DNA of 64,000 nucleotides from Squalus acanthias (GCA_030390025.1 CM059431.1:132434001-132498000); one strand, 5' to 3'. Shown: positions 22,967 to 36,567, counted from the first letter of the stretch. Translations and numbers: made by a program. The notes: a model not told the origin generated them from the letters alone.

Positions 22967-25789
22967 ATGAAACCCCAGATCCCCGTTGCTCAACACCTTA
23001 CCATCCCTTTGTCAGGGAACATCACAGCGTCCTCTTAGCCACAATGCTGAATTGAAAGCCACCACAACACAAACATTCCAAACATAATTTATAAATGATT
23101 CAATCGAATACTGCATAACAAAGTCAACTAATCACCCTTGTGCATTCCCTTAGTGCCAGTCTTCCATGTACCTTTGCCTGTCCTAGTGCTCCTACACAGT
23201 GCTACCCCAGTGGCTGCAGCATGGCTGGAGGAAGGCTGCTGACTTTCAGTGGGGGAGACTGCAGATGGCCTCGAGCAGCTCTGGACCTAGAAGGTCCGGC
23301 TGCAGAATACATCACCTTGGCATGGGCGGCAGTAGTCTGGGCTGTCTGGCTGACAGGCAGCAGCAAGAGCAATGGTGGAGTGGCAGTGGTGGGAATACAA
23401 AAGCTGTCATCCTGAGAGAGGACAACAGGTTCGTGCTCCACGGAGCCACTGCCACTCCCCCGGGGCGGTGCCTCAACAAGCCTAGTAATCTGCTGGAGGA
23501 AAGATTGCTTGACTGTTGTGACACCCTGCAAACATCTTTCCACACTGGTAAACACAGCCATGATGGCAGCAAGCTGAGATTGCATGACAGAAGCCTGAGC
23601 TTGTGTGGCAGCAAGCTGAGCTTGCATGACAGAAGCCTGAGCTTCCACTGCAGCACTCAGATGTTGGGTCGCTTCCACTTGTGCTGCAATGGAAGCTGCA
23701 ACATCGCCCATCAGACCCTGCATCATGGTTGGGTCCACAAGTGCTCTAATGGAGTTGCCCATCACTTCCATCCTGGAAATCATGGGCTGCAAGCTCTGCA
23801 CAAAGCCCTGTGCAAGGATGGAGCTGAACTCCTTGCTCCTTGACAGTAACAACAGACTCTCTGGCAGGCCTGCCAATGCACCAAGCATTTCTGTGAACAT
23901 GCCCAGCACCCTTCTTCTGAAGGCCGCCAGATCGAAGTCTTCATCTGACTCCTCTGTTGCAGAGCCCGTGTGCGACCTCGCCCTCTGGGGAACTGGCACC
24001 TGTGCTACCCTTTCCCCCTGCCTTTGCTGCAGGCCACTCATACCTGGTGACTCACCACATGCCGATCCCAACGCTATACTACCCGCTAAAGTACGCCACG
24101 TGCCAGTTTCTAAGCTGGTGCCTGTGAGTGTTAGATCGAGTGACGGTGTCTCTTCTTCCCCGTCACTCTCCTCTTGTTTTTCCTGCGCTGGCTGGGAAGC
24201 ATGGTGTTCTTGGGTATCTGAAAGGAGAAAGGCATAAGGGTAGGGTTGTGCTGAGGAGGGTGGGGGGAAGCAAGATGTGCATGCTTACACCATCAGCAGC
24301 TTGTAAGTGAGAAGAGATTGTGGGATGAGGGGCAAGTGGGATGTGAGAAGGAGGATTAGGTATGAGCATACCGTCATCATCAATGCTTTCAGCCTCGCCA
24401 ATCGTCATGGCCTTATTGACGGTCTCTTCAATGATATCTAGCACAGTCGTCTCCAGCTGGGTCAGGATATGCAGCCGTGCCTGTCCTTCACCGGTTAGCT
24501 GCTGTTGTCTCCTGTTATGTGCCACCTTGGCCTGCAAGAGAAATGGATGTGTGTCAGTGAGTGTGGTGCAATGTGTTTGGGTGATGTGCTTGTCATGGTT
24601 GAATAGCTGGCAGTGTGTGCAAGGTGTGAGATGTGGGTGTGAGGCTTGCAGCAGTGGTAAGTGCGGAAGGGTGAGGTGAAGCTATGATTGTGAGGTGTGA
24701 GTCGTGATTGATGGAGATTGTTGGTAGGAGATTGATGGGGGTGTGGTGCATTGAGCAGTGTGTGAGGCTGGTGGTGCAGTTGGTGGGATATGGCATTTGA
24801 AGATGTATTCACTGACTTTGACCACTCGTGTGAGATCATTAAACTTCTTTCAGCACTGGATCCAGGTCCTCGGGGCAAGACTGCTGGCAGTGATCGCTTC
24901 AGCTATCTGCTCCCACTGCCTTCATACAGTGAGTCTGCAGGACCTCCTGGCCCCCTGCGGGTAGACGACCTGTGTCCTCCTTTCCACCCCCAATACTAAG
25001 GCCGCTAGTGCTGCATTTGAAAACCTAGGAGCCCTTTCTCTGTCCTGTTGTGCCATAGCTACCTTACAGTTGCCTTGACAACAATTATAATGATGTGCTT
25101 ATTTCAGAAAGCACCTCCCCTTTAAGAAGTGCAGACTGCGTTTCAAACTACAGGCTAGCTTTAAGTAAAGATCACTTCCCAAGGTATTGGGCCCCCTGCT
25201 GAGCACTCAGCCAACCAGCAGCGCGTTCAGCACTGGGCTCAGCGCTTCAATCATGTTAATTAGCAGGCAGCACAAATGTCGCGTGCTGCCTGCAATACTT
25301 TCAACGGGTGCAGGCAAATTGTGCATCGCGATCCCCATGCCCGTTTTCGGGCCTGATCGAATTTTTAGCCTCTATACTTTACACAGCGAGTGGCTTTCAA
25401 TTTCTGGGTCAATCTTTCGAGCCCTCTGAATAACTTTTGAAAACCATGCTCCTTTCTACAACTTAATTTGCCTACATTAAAGGCACATTTCACAGGTAAG
25501 ACCTCATGACGTATCTGTTCCTGAATCCTTTGAAAACAGTCTATTTACGTAAACAGTCGTAGTTGTTTACTTCAAAGATACTTTTCTTCCTGACTTAACT
25601 GTTCTTGAATCCTTTGAGGAGCAGTTTTATTAACCGTTATCAATCTATACCACAGTAAATGGATCCCTCTGCCTAGTTTTATTACACTAGCCATTAAAGT
25701 TTCACCGTAATCACTCATGCTTAATGTCTTCCCAGTCACTTATTTCCTTGCACAAGCATTTCTCATAGATAAGAAAGAAAGGGAGCTAT

Positions 25790-26900
25790 TTTGGCCGAAT
25801 ACTTTAGGCGCTAAAGAGGTAAAGAGGTGAAGAGGTGACCAAGCTGGGATCTTAAGCTGCAATGCCAGTTTAGCCTGCATTTAGCGCAAGACGCAATCTT
25901 GGTAAAGGAGTTGATGCGTGCGCTAGGAACGGTCGCCTGGAGGTTTGTTAAGTGGCTGATTGACAATTAAGTTGCTTGCTAGCACTCATTAAAGAGGCTA
26001 CATGCCATTTTGGTGGATAACGCTTAATTTAACAACCTCTCCTAACACCGATCAGCTGAGCAGGAGTAAAAAGAAAAGAAAGAAAGACTTGCATTTATAT
26101 AGCGCCTTTCACTACCACCAGACGTCCCAAAGCGCTTTAAAGCCAATGAAGTACCTTTTGAAGTGTAGTCACTGTTGTAATGTAGGAAACGCAGCAGCCA
26201 ATTTGCGCACAGCAAGCTCCCACAAACAGCAATGTGATAATGACCAGATAATCCATTTACTGTTGTTGATTGAGGGATAAATATTGGCCAGGACACCGGG
26301 GATAACTCCCCTGCTCTTCTTTGAAATAGTGCCATGGGATCTCTTAAACAAGTACTTGCTGAGAATTTCGAGCGCTACTTAAAGCTGTGCTCAGCTTTCA
26401 ATGGTCACGTGCAGATTGAGATCGACTGACTACACTGCGTTTGAAGAGGACTTTTTAAGACACATCGGGAGATTTTCTGAGACACTTTGTCACCAACACT
26501 CTATCAATATTTTTCCCGGATATTCTCTCAGGACTTCACCTAAAAAGAGTGAGTGCTACCCTACCTTATTGAACACCTTATAGGAGTCACTAGGAGCAAG
26601 GGCGTGGTTGGTTATGGGCATCTTGCTATGGGTCCCCCTTGCTCTGCGTGAGGAATTGGAGGAGGAGATGAGGCCGAGCAGAGCAGCACTAGCTGCTGCA
26701 GGAGGGAGGAACAGGAGAGCGAGGAGGACTCTCAGCAGGGGGCGCTATCCACCCAGGGTCTTCAGAGGGCAATACTCCTTAATTCACATGACCCAAGACC
26801 AGTGCATGAGGAGGCTGCACTTTACCAAGGAGGTCATCACAGAAATCTGTGGCCTTGTGGAAGGAAGACTCAGACGTCGCAGCACAGCCAGGACTGCATT
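25790..26900 (+). mobile_element. Truncated Harbinger with transposase N-terminus (26608-26900)
   Basis: RYPPRVFRGQYSL...QCMRRLHFTKEVITEIC...ARTA is homologous to the other transposase N-termini. Confidence 0.7.
26068..26345 (-). mobile_element. Deu-type SINE 3' half; a further 3' tail fragment lies at 26903-27010 (plus)
   Basis: Near-identical to 33488-33725. L2-like tail AAGGCGCTATATAAATGCAAGTCTTTCTTT. Confidence 0.8.
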
Positions 26901-27019
26901 TCTCACATCACAACAGTGACTCCACTTCAAAAGTACTTAATTGGCTGTAAAGCGCTTTGAGACGTCCGGTGGTCGTGAAAGGCGCTATATAAATGCAAGT
27001 CTTTCTTTCTGCCAATAAA

Positions 27020-27678
27020 AACATAAGAATTAGGAGTAGGAATTAGGACCATACAGCCCCTGGAGCCTGCTCCGCCATTCAATAAGATCATGGCTGATCT
27101 TTGACTTCAACTCCACATTCCTGCCCTATCCCAATATCCCTTGATTCCTCTGGAGTCCAAAAATATTTCTATCTCAGCCTTGAATATACTCAACGATTCA
27201 GCATCCACAGCTCTTTGGGGTAGAGAATTCCAAAGATTCACAACCCTCTGAGTGAAGAAATTTCTCCTCATCTCAGTCTTAAAAAGCCGACCCCTAGTTC
27301 TAGACTCTCCAGCCAGGGGAAACAATCTCTCAGCATCTACCCTGTCAATCCCCCTCAGAATCTTATATGCTTTAATGAGATCACCTCTCATTCTTCTAAA
27401 CTCCAGAGAGTATAGGCGTAATCTACTCAACCTCTCCTCATAGGACAACCCTCTCATCCCAGGAATCAATCTCGTGAACCTTCATTGCACCGCCTCTAAG
27501 GCAAGTTTATCCTTCCTTAGATGAGACCAAAACAGTGCACAGTACTCCAGATGTGGTCTCACCAAGGCCCTGTACAATTGTAGCAAGACCTCTTTACACT
27601 TGTACTCCAACCCTCTAGCAATAAAGGCCAACATGCCATTTGCCTTCCTAATTACTTGCTGTACCTGCATGCGAACTC
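27020..27678 (-). mobile_element. CR1 LINE 3' fragment
   Basis: ORFs 27107-27469 and 27482-27670 encode the CR1 RT C-terminus. Confidence 0.92.
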
Positions 27679-27681
27679 TGA

Positions 27682-30279
27682 GGGCTAGAAATTCATTATA
27701 GCCAAGAAATGGGCAGTGTTTAGATTAAAAATGGTTAAGCAGCGCCACCTGCAAATCATCTAGGATGCACGCAAAATTCATTCTCCTTCCTCAATAAAAT
27801 GATTGCAGTCATGATTCTCGTCTAAAAACGCAAGCTCATTGGTGTTGCACTGAAAAGCTGGACCAATATCGAGAGCAGTCTAAACGCAAGGAATGATTGC
27901 CACAAGCATTTTTCACCACTTAAAGGGGAGATTCATTGATGCTGTAGCATTTTCAGCATTGTTGGGTTTGCAGCTGCCTCAAAAACCATAAGAAGAAGGA
28001 CAAGGAGAAGTAGCACTTAATTTCAAACCCTGACGGCAGATCGCCACCCCAGGGAGAGAGCCCGGAGGTTTTCCGGTGAAGCTTTGGAGGCATTGGTTTT
28101 AGCAGTGGAGAGACGGAAGGCGGTCTTGTACCCGGCAACTGGCAGGAGGCACTCGCCACAAGTCTGCCAGACTATGTGGAGGGAGGTAGCGCAGCACGTC
28201 TTGGGCAGCACTGTGGTCCCCAGGATCCACACACAGTGCAGGAAGAAACTTAATGACCTCGCTCGGGTGGTCAGGGTGAATGAAGGTTTCAACAAATGCT
28301 ACATACCACCATCTGTACCACAATCTTCGGACACTGCTCAATGCACCACACCCCCAGCACTCACCCACCAACAATCTCTAGCAACACTCACACCCACATC
28401 TCATACCTTGCAAACAATGACAGCTATTCAACTATAGCAGGCACAAGGGTCATTAGTTATTAGAATTCATGTGATATGTGTGATATGTTTCTAAATAAAT
28501 TTATTAATTGTGTTTGAAATATTTTGTGGTCTCTTTCGTTTCAGCTTTGCACCCAGGAGGATGCTGTGATATGCCTAAGACAGGGATGGTATGATAGGGA
28601 TATGGGGAGCTACAGGGATCTGGGGTTTCATACATGTGAATCAGAGTCTGATGAGCTAGTCACAGACAGCCCGTCCAGAAGGCCGATTGTCTCACTGCCT
28701 CCTCCCTCCCTCCTGTTCCTCCTCCTCCTTGTCCTCTTCCTCCTTGTCCTCATCCTCATCCTCATCTGCCTCGTTGTCCTCCTGCAATCCCTGCTGGCAA
28801 GGGCTATGATCTCATGATGGCCAAGTTGTGGAGCAAGCAGCAGACCACCACGAAATGGGACACCCGCTCTGGCAAGTACTGGAGGGCTCCTCCTGAGCGG
28901 TCAAGGCAGTAGAACCGTTGCTTCAATAAGCTGATGATCTGCTCGATGATGTTCCTGGTGGCAGCATGGCTCTCATTATATGAGTGCTGGGCATGAGTGT
29001 TGGGGTTGCGGAGGGGAGTCATGAGCCAGGCGGAGAGCGGATAGCCCTTGTCTCCGAGTAGCCACCCTCGAGCTTGGCGTGGTGGCTGGAAGAGTGTTGG
29101 AACAGGATGGCGCAGGATGAAGGCATTGTGGCTGCTGCCAGGATAGCGGGCATTGGCATTAAGGATTTGCTGTTTGTGGTCACACACTAACTGCACATTA
29201 AGTGAGTGGTAGCCTTTGCGGTTACGGAAGATGTCAGGATTGTTATGCGGTGCCCGCAAAGCCACGTGGTTGCAGTTGATGGCACCCTGCAGCATGGGGA
29301 AGCCTGCTATCCTGGCAAAGCCACATGCGCGCTCATCCTGCTTCTCTCTGGTGATTGGGAAGCCAATGTAGTCCTTTCTCCTGCTGTAGATAGCCTCAGT
29401 AACCTCCTGGATGCAGCGATGAATGGCGAATTGTGAGATGTTAGCTATATCTCCTGTTGCAGACTGGAAGGATCCACTTGCAAAGAAATTGAGGGCCACA
29501 GTGACCTTGACTGCCACTGGGAGAGCCATGGTCACCCTGGTCTGAGACTGGAGGTCTGGTTGCAGGAGGTGGCAGAGTTCTGTGACCATCTCCTTGGTGA
29601 AGCGTAGCCTCCTAATACACTGCTCCTCGCTTAATTGAAGGTAGGAGAAGTGCTGTCGGAAGACCCTAGGAGGGTAAGGCTTCCTGTTGAGCACCCTGAT
29701 GGCCCTCCTCCTCCCTCTGCACACAAGTTCCTGTCTTTCTCGCTGCCTCCGCTCCCTCTGCCGTAGATCCTGGAGGGCGAGGTCGACTGCCAGTATGGCC
29801 CCCATGATTTGAGTGTTGTAGTTTGAAGCGTGTCAAAAATAAAGAGGGAGTTTTGTACTTGCCAGAACACTCCCTGATACCAAATAACTAAATAAAACTC
29901 TTGCAGTAGAAGGAAGTAGCACACAGCCACTCAAACTGCAAAACCCTGTCAGGTGCGAGTGATTGGTGATGATCCCTTTAAATATCGTCGCTGGAGCCGG
30001 CTTCCTGCTGCTGCACGCCACCTCAACCTGTCGTTACTTTCTCCAGCCAGTAACTGCAATGGCTCTAACGAAATTAGGAGATCGGGCATCAAGTGAGTGT
30101 TGCACACCCACTGATGTCATGATCTCCACAATTGCGATGTCCCCGGCGATCGAGTTTAGCTGCAGCAGTTCTGGCAACACGAAAATGGCGTGCACTGCTG
30201 GAACCGCCACCAGCTGACGATAAAGTGCCGACCAGCGTTTTCGTGCCATCTCGTGGCGCTAAACATGAATTTCTCCCCC
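27682..30279 (-). mobile_element. Harbinger with near-complete transposase (minus) and truncated Myb gene (plus, about 28040-28440)
   Basis: TIRs GGGCTAGAAATTCA / TGAATTTCTCCCCC. Myb exon ALVLAVERRKAVLYP...W..VAQ...TQCRKKLNDL. Confidence 0.85.
28804..29805 (-). pseudogene. Harbinger (HARBI1-like) DDE transposase, 333 aa open frame with D-to-N changes and a frameshifted acidic tail
   Basis: GAINCNHV (family consensus GAIDCTH), YHSLNVQLVCD, PGSSHNA, LLGDKGY, RNIIEQ, CCLLHN. Confidence 0.9.
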
Positions 30280-30382
30280 ATTGTTCCCCAATATAAATTC
30301 TCCTGTCTCAGCAGCTAAGGGACCAACGATTGCTTTTGCTGCTCTCTTCCTATTTACATACTTGTAGAACCTTTTACAATCA

Positions 30383-31930
30383 AAGAGTACGGAGTCAGGG
30401 GACAAGTAGCAGAATGGATAGCTAGCAGGTTTCAAGACAGAAAGCAGAGAGTAGGGGTAAAGGGTAGCTATTCACAGTGGCAGAAGGTGGTGTTCCACAA
30501 GGATTAGTGCTGGGACCACTGCGGTTCACAATTTACATTAACGATTTAGACTTTGGAATCAAAAACACAATTTCTAAATTTGCGGATGACACCAAATTGA
30601 GCGGGATAGTCAATACTGAGGAGGACTGCAACAAATTACAGGAGGACATTAATAAACTTGCAGAATGGGCATATAATTGGCAAATTAATTTCAACACAGA
30701 TAAATGTGAGGTATTACATTTTGGTAGGAAGAATAGGGAGGTCACATATTACTTGGAGGGTGCGAGTCTAGGTGGGGTAGAGGAACAAAGGGATCTCTGA
30801 GTACAAATGCATAAATCACTAAAAGTAGTGACACAGGTTAACAAGGCCATAAGAAAAGGAAACCAAGCACTAGGGTTTATTTCTAGAGGGAAAGAATTGA
30901 AAAGTAGTGAAGTTATGCTAAACTTGTATCGAACCTTGGTTAGACCACACTTTAAAGGTCTAGAAATTCAGTATGTTAGCGCCTCCCATTAGTGCCTGGC
31001 GGGGGGCGCTAACGGGGCGCGAAGGGGTTAGCGTCCAGGTGCAGCGAATGTAGCAATGCTTGCGAACTTCAGTGCCGGTTTAGCGCTGGCTCTAACTCTA
31101 AGCCCCTGGGCCCCTAGCACCTCACAGGTAGTGATTTCATAAAGTGCGCAGCGCCCCGTTGTCGCCCCAGATAGGAAATTCACTCACGCCCCCTTTTTTA
31201 TCGCCGCACGCCGACAACGCCAGCAAGAGGAGGCATTGTGAACTCGGCTGGCCACTTTGGGAGCAGTAATTAAAGGGAATGCTTTTCAGCTAGCGCAAAC
31301 TTTATTATTTGCACCAGTCTGGTGCCTGCGCAAAGTTTTTACTTTTTCATTGGTGCGAGATGTCCAAGCCCTCCACATTGTGAGAGTGTTTGGGGCTGTA
31401 ATGGCAGTCACCCAGGTCGCCTTGCAAAACAGAACTGACGACAACTAGCTTGTGCAGCATCATTAGCCCTTCCCTTTAAGCGAGGGAACAGCCTCTGTGA
31501 AGAGAGAGTGTTGTTCACAATGTGCGCGAAATTGTTTAGCGCTCTGCCGCTAATGCCCTGCTCTCGGACTTTAGCGACCTAAGAGAAGTGTTTAGCATTG
31601 ATTTATCACTCCACTTCCCTCTTGGAGCGCTAAAACTGAATTTCGCGGGAGGTGAGAATGATTAGCGCCTGCCATAATTTTTCAACTTTTCAAGTTTTAG
31701 CACCCCAAATGGGGCTATACTGAATTTCTCCCCCTTTGAGTACTGCGTACAATTCTGGTTGCCATATTATTAAAAGGATATAATGGTGCTGGAGAGGGTG
31801 CAGAGAAGATTTACAAGGATGATCCCTGAAATGTGAGGCTAAGGAAAGGATGAACAGGCTGGGTCTTTTTTTTCTCTTGAAAAAAGAAGGGTGAGGGGTG
31901 ACCTAATAGAGATCTTTAAAATTATGAAGA
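30383..31930 (+). mobile_element. CR1 LINE RT fragment interrupted by a MITE
   Basis: GVPQGLVLGP...ISKFADDTKL...LVRPH [MITE] EYCVQFW. Confidence 0.9.
30957..31734. mobile_element. Harbinger-type MITE, family of 54915-55798 in inverted orientation
   Basis: TIRs GGTCTAGAAATTCAG / CTGAATTTCTCCCCC, with shared CCCCAAATGGGG and GCGCCTCCC subtermini. TSD not clean. Confidence 0.8.
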
Positions 31931-31932
31931 GT

Positions 31933-33221
31933 TTTTTTCTATTTGTTTTATGGAATGTGGGTGTCGCTGGCAAGGTCAGCATTTATTGTCCATCCCTAAT
32001 TGCCGTTGAAAAGGTGGTGGTGAGCCGCCTTCTTGAACCGCTGCAGTCTGTGTGGTGAAGGTACTCCCAGAGTGCTGTTAGGAAGGGAGTTCCAGGATTT
32101 TGACCCAGCGACGATGAAGGATCGGCGATACACTTCTAAGTCAGGATGGTGTGTGACTTGGAGGGGAACTTGGAGGTGGTGGTGTTCCCATGGAAGAGGT
32201 CGCGGGTTTGGGAGGTATTGCTGAAGAAGTCTTGGCGAGTTGCTGCAGTGCATCTTGTAGATGGTACACACTGCAGCCACGGTACGCCGGTGGTGGAGGG
32301 AGTGAATGTTTAAGGTGGTAGATGGAGTGCCAATCAAGCGGGCTGCTTTGTCCTGGATGGTGTTGAACTTTTTGAGTGTTGTTGGAGCTGCACTCATCCA
32401 GGCAAATGGAGAGTATTCCATCACACTCCTTACTTGTGCCTTGTAGATGGTGGAAAGGCTTTGGGGAGTCAGGAGGTGAGACACTCGCCGCAGAATACCT
32501 AGCCTATGACCTGCTCTTGCTGCCACAGTATTTATGTGGCTGGTCCAGTTAAGTTTCTGGTCAATGGTGACCCCCCCAGGATGTTGATGGTGGGGGATTC
32601 GGTGATGGTAATGCCGTTGAATGTCAAGGGGTGGTGGTTAGACTCTCGCTTGTTGGAGATAGTCATTGCCTGGCACTTCTGTGGCGCGAATGTTACCTGC
32701 CACTTATCAGCCCAAGCCTGAACGTCATCCAGGTCTTGTTGCATGCGGGTATGAACTGCTTCATTATCTGAGGAGTTGTGAATGGCACTGAACACTGTGC
32801 AGTCATCAGCGAACATCCCCATTTCTGACCTTCTGTTGGAGGGAAGGTTATTGATGAAGCAGCTGAAGATGGTTGGGCCTAGGACACTGCCCTGAGGAAC
32901 TCCTGCAGCGATATCCTGGGGATGTGATGATTGACCTTCAACCACCACAACCATCTTCCTTTGTGTTAGGTATGACTCCAGTCAGTGGAGAGTTTTTCCC
33001 CCGATTCCCATTGACTTCAGTTTTACTGGGGCTCCTTCATGCCACACTCGGTCAAATGCTGCCTTGATGTCAAGGGCAGTCACTCTCACCTCACCTCTGG
33101 AATTCAGCTCCTTTGTCCATGTTTGGACCAAGGCTGTAATGAGGTCGGGAGCAGAGTGGTCTTGGCGGAACCCAAACTAGGCATCAGTGAGCAGGTTATT
33201 GGTGAGTAAGTGCTGCTTGAT
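31933..33221 (-). mobile_element. tRNA-headed LINE family, 5'-truncated copy
   Basis: GVPQGSVLGPTIF, MFADDCTVF, HHHLFNGN and the family 3' tail. Confidence 0.9.
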
Positions 33222-33487
33222 AAGTATTTCCTAAGAGTATTTCAGTGGAAGTGGGTGAGTTCAGGCTAAATGTGCAGCACCACAGAAATTGCGTCTAATC
33301 AACACTTGAGTCCTAAACTTGCAGGTTTCTGGTTAGCGTCTGCAGGCACGTTCAAATCATGATAATTATCAATTAGCCTGAAAATTGTGTGCTAAATCCG
33401 GACTTTCAAACAGGCATTTTTTATTAACACAGCACCCGTTTATCGCCTGTTTTCACCCTTTGGCCAAAATAACCCCCAGAGACCTGA

Positions 33488-33922
33488 AAGACTTGAATTT
33501 ATATAGCGTCTTTCACGACTTCAGGACGTCTCAAAATGCTTTACAACCAATGAAGTACAGTCGCTGTTGTAATGTAGGAAACGCAGCAGCCAATTTGCGC
33601 ACAGCAATGTGATAATGACCATATAATTTGTATTTTACTGATGTTGATTGAGGGATAAATATTGGCCAGGACACCGGGGATAACTCTCCTGCTCTTCTTC
33701 GAAACAGTGCCATGGGATTTTTTACATCCACCTGAGAGAGCAGAAGGGGCCCTTGGTTTAACGTCTCATCCGAAAGATGGCACCTCCGACCATGCAGCAG
33801 TCCGTTAGTACTACACTGGATTGTCAGCCTAAATTTTTGTGCTCAAGTCTCTGGAGTGGGACTTAGAACCCACAACCTTCTGAGTCAGAGGCGAGAGTGC
33901 TACCAACTGAGCCACAGCTGAT
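33488..33922 (-). mobile_element. Full-length tRNA-derived Deu-domain SINE (SacSINE1-like) with an L2-type tail
   Basis: Minus strand: A box TGGCTCAGTTGG, B box GGTTCTAAGTCC, central TCGGAGGTGCCATCTTTCGGATGAGACGTTAAACC, tail GCTATATAAATTCAAGTC shared with the L2 at 1199. Confidence 0.85.
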
Positions 33923-34784
33923 AATACTCAGACATTAAAAGCAGATGATAAGCTAAGCTTTCTCCTGTGGCACCCCAAAGCTATCTTGTTTATTTTGGAA
34001 AGCCTGTTGTTCCAAGGTACAAAGAAGTTTGATTATTAACCCTTAACTCCAAAATGTCCAATATATAACTCTCCAGGTGTCTAACAGTCATTATTGATGT
34101 GGAAATCATCCAGCAACTTCTGGTGAGGAAGAGATTACCCCGTGAATTGCGAATCGCAATTTCTCCTCATTCACCTCGCGAAAACAGCAGCCTGCCCTCA
34201 ACCCCGTGAGTTTCATGAAGTTGCTGCATTGGCACATTAATTGGTGATTAAACTCACTGTAGAATGTTAGAACTGGAAATTAATAACATAATATCTTTTA
34301 ATGAGGAGATTTATGTTCCTGCGATGCTAATCAATCTCTCCAGCCCAGAAAGTGAACAATTTAGACTATGAAGTTTCATTCCTGCAGGTGCATGTAGTAA
34401 ATTGTTCGTAGAGGATTTAATAATTTTTTTTAAATTAAAAATCTTATTTTTCCTTTCTGTCCCTTGTTTCTCTCTCACTCTTAATACCATCTTTCTTTCT
34501 CTCACTTTATTTCTCTTTCTATACCGGATTTGACTCTAATTCGCCCATTCTAATTCACCCTCCTTCTCCATCGTCACTCTGTTTCTTTCTCAATCCTTAA
34601 ATCTCAATGGTTAAGGAGATACACTGTTGGTCCTGTTGTTCACTAAGGTCATAGATACCACATTGCCCTCGCCCCACCATTACCAGCTTGCACTTCCAGC
34701 AACTTACAGGGCAGAAGAGTGTAGGAAAAAGTCTAACTAATGGGGAATGCCATGTGATGCCCTGCTCCAGAAAAATTTGAACCA

Positions 34785-34990
34785 ATATCTCCTGGTTGTT
34801 ATTTAATATCAGATCCAATGGAACCCCTGATGACATGGCTTGCTTGGCTGATAGTCCCATATAACAATCCAGTATTGTGTCTTGGATCATATTTTTACTC
34901 CTATTGCGCCCTTCTTAGTTATCCCAATCTACCCATGGTGAATTGAAGTCACCCATAGCAACTGCAATTGTTCCTGTGCACGTTCCCCAT
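34785..34990 (-). pseudogene. Ancient CR1-type APE endonuclease remnant
   Basis: Minus strand reads ...MGDFNSPWVDWD...LDLILNN, both APE motifs. Confidence 0.55.
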
Positions 34991-35762
34991 ATTTGTTGAA
35001 AGAAGAGAAATCCTAGTCAAGCCTGAGAGGTGGCAGCAGGCTTCACTGCCTGAATATTTCTCCATTCTCCACATCAATATTGTCAATTTTGGCCAGGATT
35101 ACGATGGAGACTCCCAGCCATCATCAGAAACTGTCCTTGGATTGTTCCTAGCTAGTGTTTAGTGATTTGACACTTCAAATGGAACTATATTTTAAATTTG
35201 ATCACTGTCAGAAAATTGGCAGCTTTATAAATCCTACATTACATGATACGTAGGCTGTGACACCTGGGGTTCTCTTGATGAACTGTTGTAGATTCAGAGG
35301 AAGATCGGTGGAAATCCCAGATACACCGCGTAAATGGGGTTTCTGCCAATCTTCAGCTGAAGTTACAGTACTCGGACTGGAGGAAGGTACACAGTGGTGT
35401 TCCCCATTGGTCAGTACTAGGACCACTGCTTTTCTTGATATATATTAGTGACTTAGACTTGGGTGTTCAGGGCACTATTACAAAATTTGTAGTTGACACA
35501 AAACTTGGAAGTATAGTGAACAGTGAGGAGGATAGTGGAATGGGCGGACACGTGGCAGATGAAATTTAACGCAGAAAAGTATGAAGTGATACATTTTGGT
35601 AGGAAGAACAAACAGAGGCAATATAAACTAAAGGGTACAATTCTAAAGGGGCTGCAGGAACAGAGAGACCTGGGGGTATATGTGCACAAATCATTGAAGG
35701 TGGCAGGGCAGGTTGAGACAGTGGTTAAAAAAGCATCCGGGATCCTGGGCTTCATAAATAGA

Positions 35763-35943
35763 ATTGAGAGGTCGCACAACACCAGGTTATAGTCCAACAG
35801 TTTTATTTGAAATCACAAGCTTTCGGAGCTATCGATTTGCTCCTTCCTCAGGTGAAGTAAATTAGATACAGAATCGCCAAAGCATATATAGATAGAAAAC
35901 AAAGCATGTGTACTTTACAATTGCAGACCAATAAATTAAATCA
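35763..35943 (-). mobile_element. Penelope-like element terminal fragment
   Basis: 11-bp TSD TCATAAATAGA (35752-35762 and 35944-35954). Contains a minimal hammerhead and the TGTTGGACTATAACCTGGTGTTGTG end also seen at 42761-42821. Confidence 0.75.
35812..35856 (-). ncRNA. Minimal type I hammerhead ribozyme
   Basis: Minus strand UCAC-CUGAGGA-A-GGAGC-AAAUCGAUA-GCUCC-GAAA-GCUU-GUGA: CUGANGA and GAAA cores, 5-bp stem II, palindromic AGCU stem III, UCAC/GUGA stem I. Confidence 0.75.
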
Positions 35944-36567
35944 TCATAAATAGAGGCATAGAGTACAAAAGCAAGGAAGTTATGATGAAACTTTATAAAA
36001 CACTGGTTCGGCCACAATTGAAGTATTGTATCCAATTCTGGGCACCGCACTTTAGGAAGGATATGAAGGCCTTAGAGAGGGTGCAGAAAAGATTTACAAG
36101 AATGGTTCCAGGGGTGAGGGACTTCAGTTACGGGGATAGACTGGAGAAGCTGGGGTTGTTCTCCTTAGAGCAGAGAAGGTTGAGAGGAGATTTGATAGAG
36201 GTGTTCAAAATCATGAGGGGTCTAGACAGAGTAGATAGAGAGAAACTGTTCCCATTGGTGGAAGGGTCGAGAACCAGAGGACAAAGATTTAAGGTGATTG
36301 GCAGAAGAACCAAAGGCGACGTGAGGAAAAACATTTTTACGCAGCGAGTGGTTATGATCTGGAATGAACTGCCTGAAAGGGTGGTGGAGGCAAATTCAAT
36401 CATGGCTTTCAAAAAGGAATTAGATAAGTACCGGAAGGAAAAAAATTGGAAGGGCTATGGAGAAAGGGCGGGAGAGTGGGACTAGCTGAAGTGCTCTTGC
36501 AGAGATCTGGCATGGGCTCGACAGGCCGAATGGCCTCCTTCTGTGCTGTAACCATTCTATGATTCTA

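Larger units (their letters stand above)
20570..25372 (+). mobile_element. Full-structure Harbinger: transposase (plus) and convergent spliced Myb gene (minus, about 23170-25056)
   Basis: Ends GGCTGTGAAATTCAG / CGAATTTTTAGCCTC. Both genes are homologous to those of 14975-20316. Confidence 0.85.
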
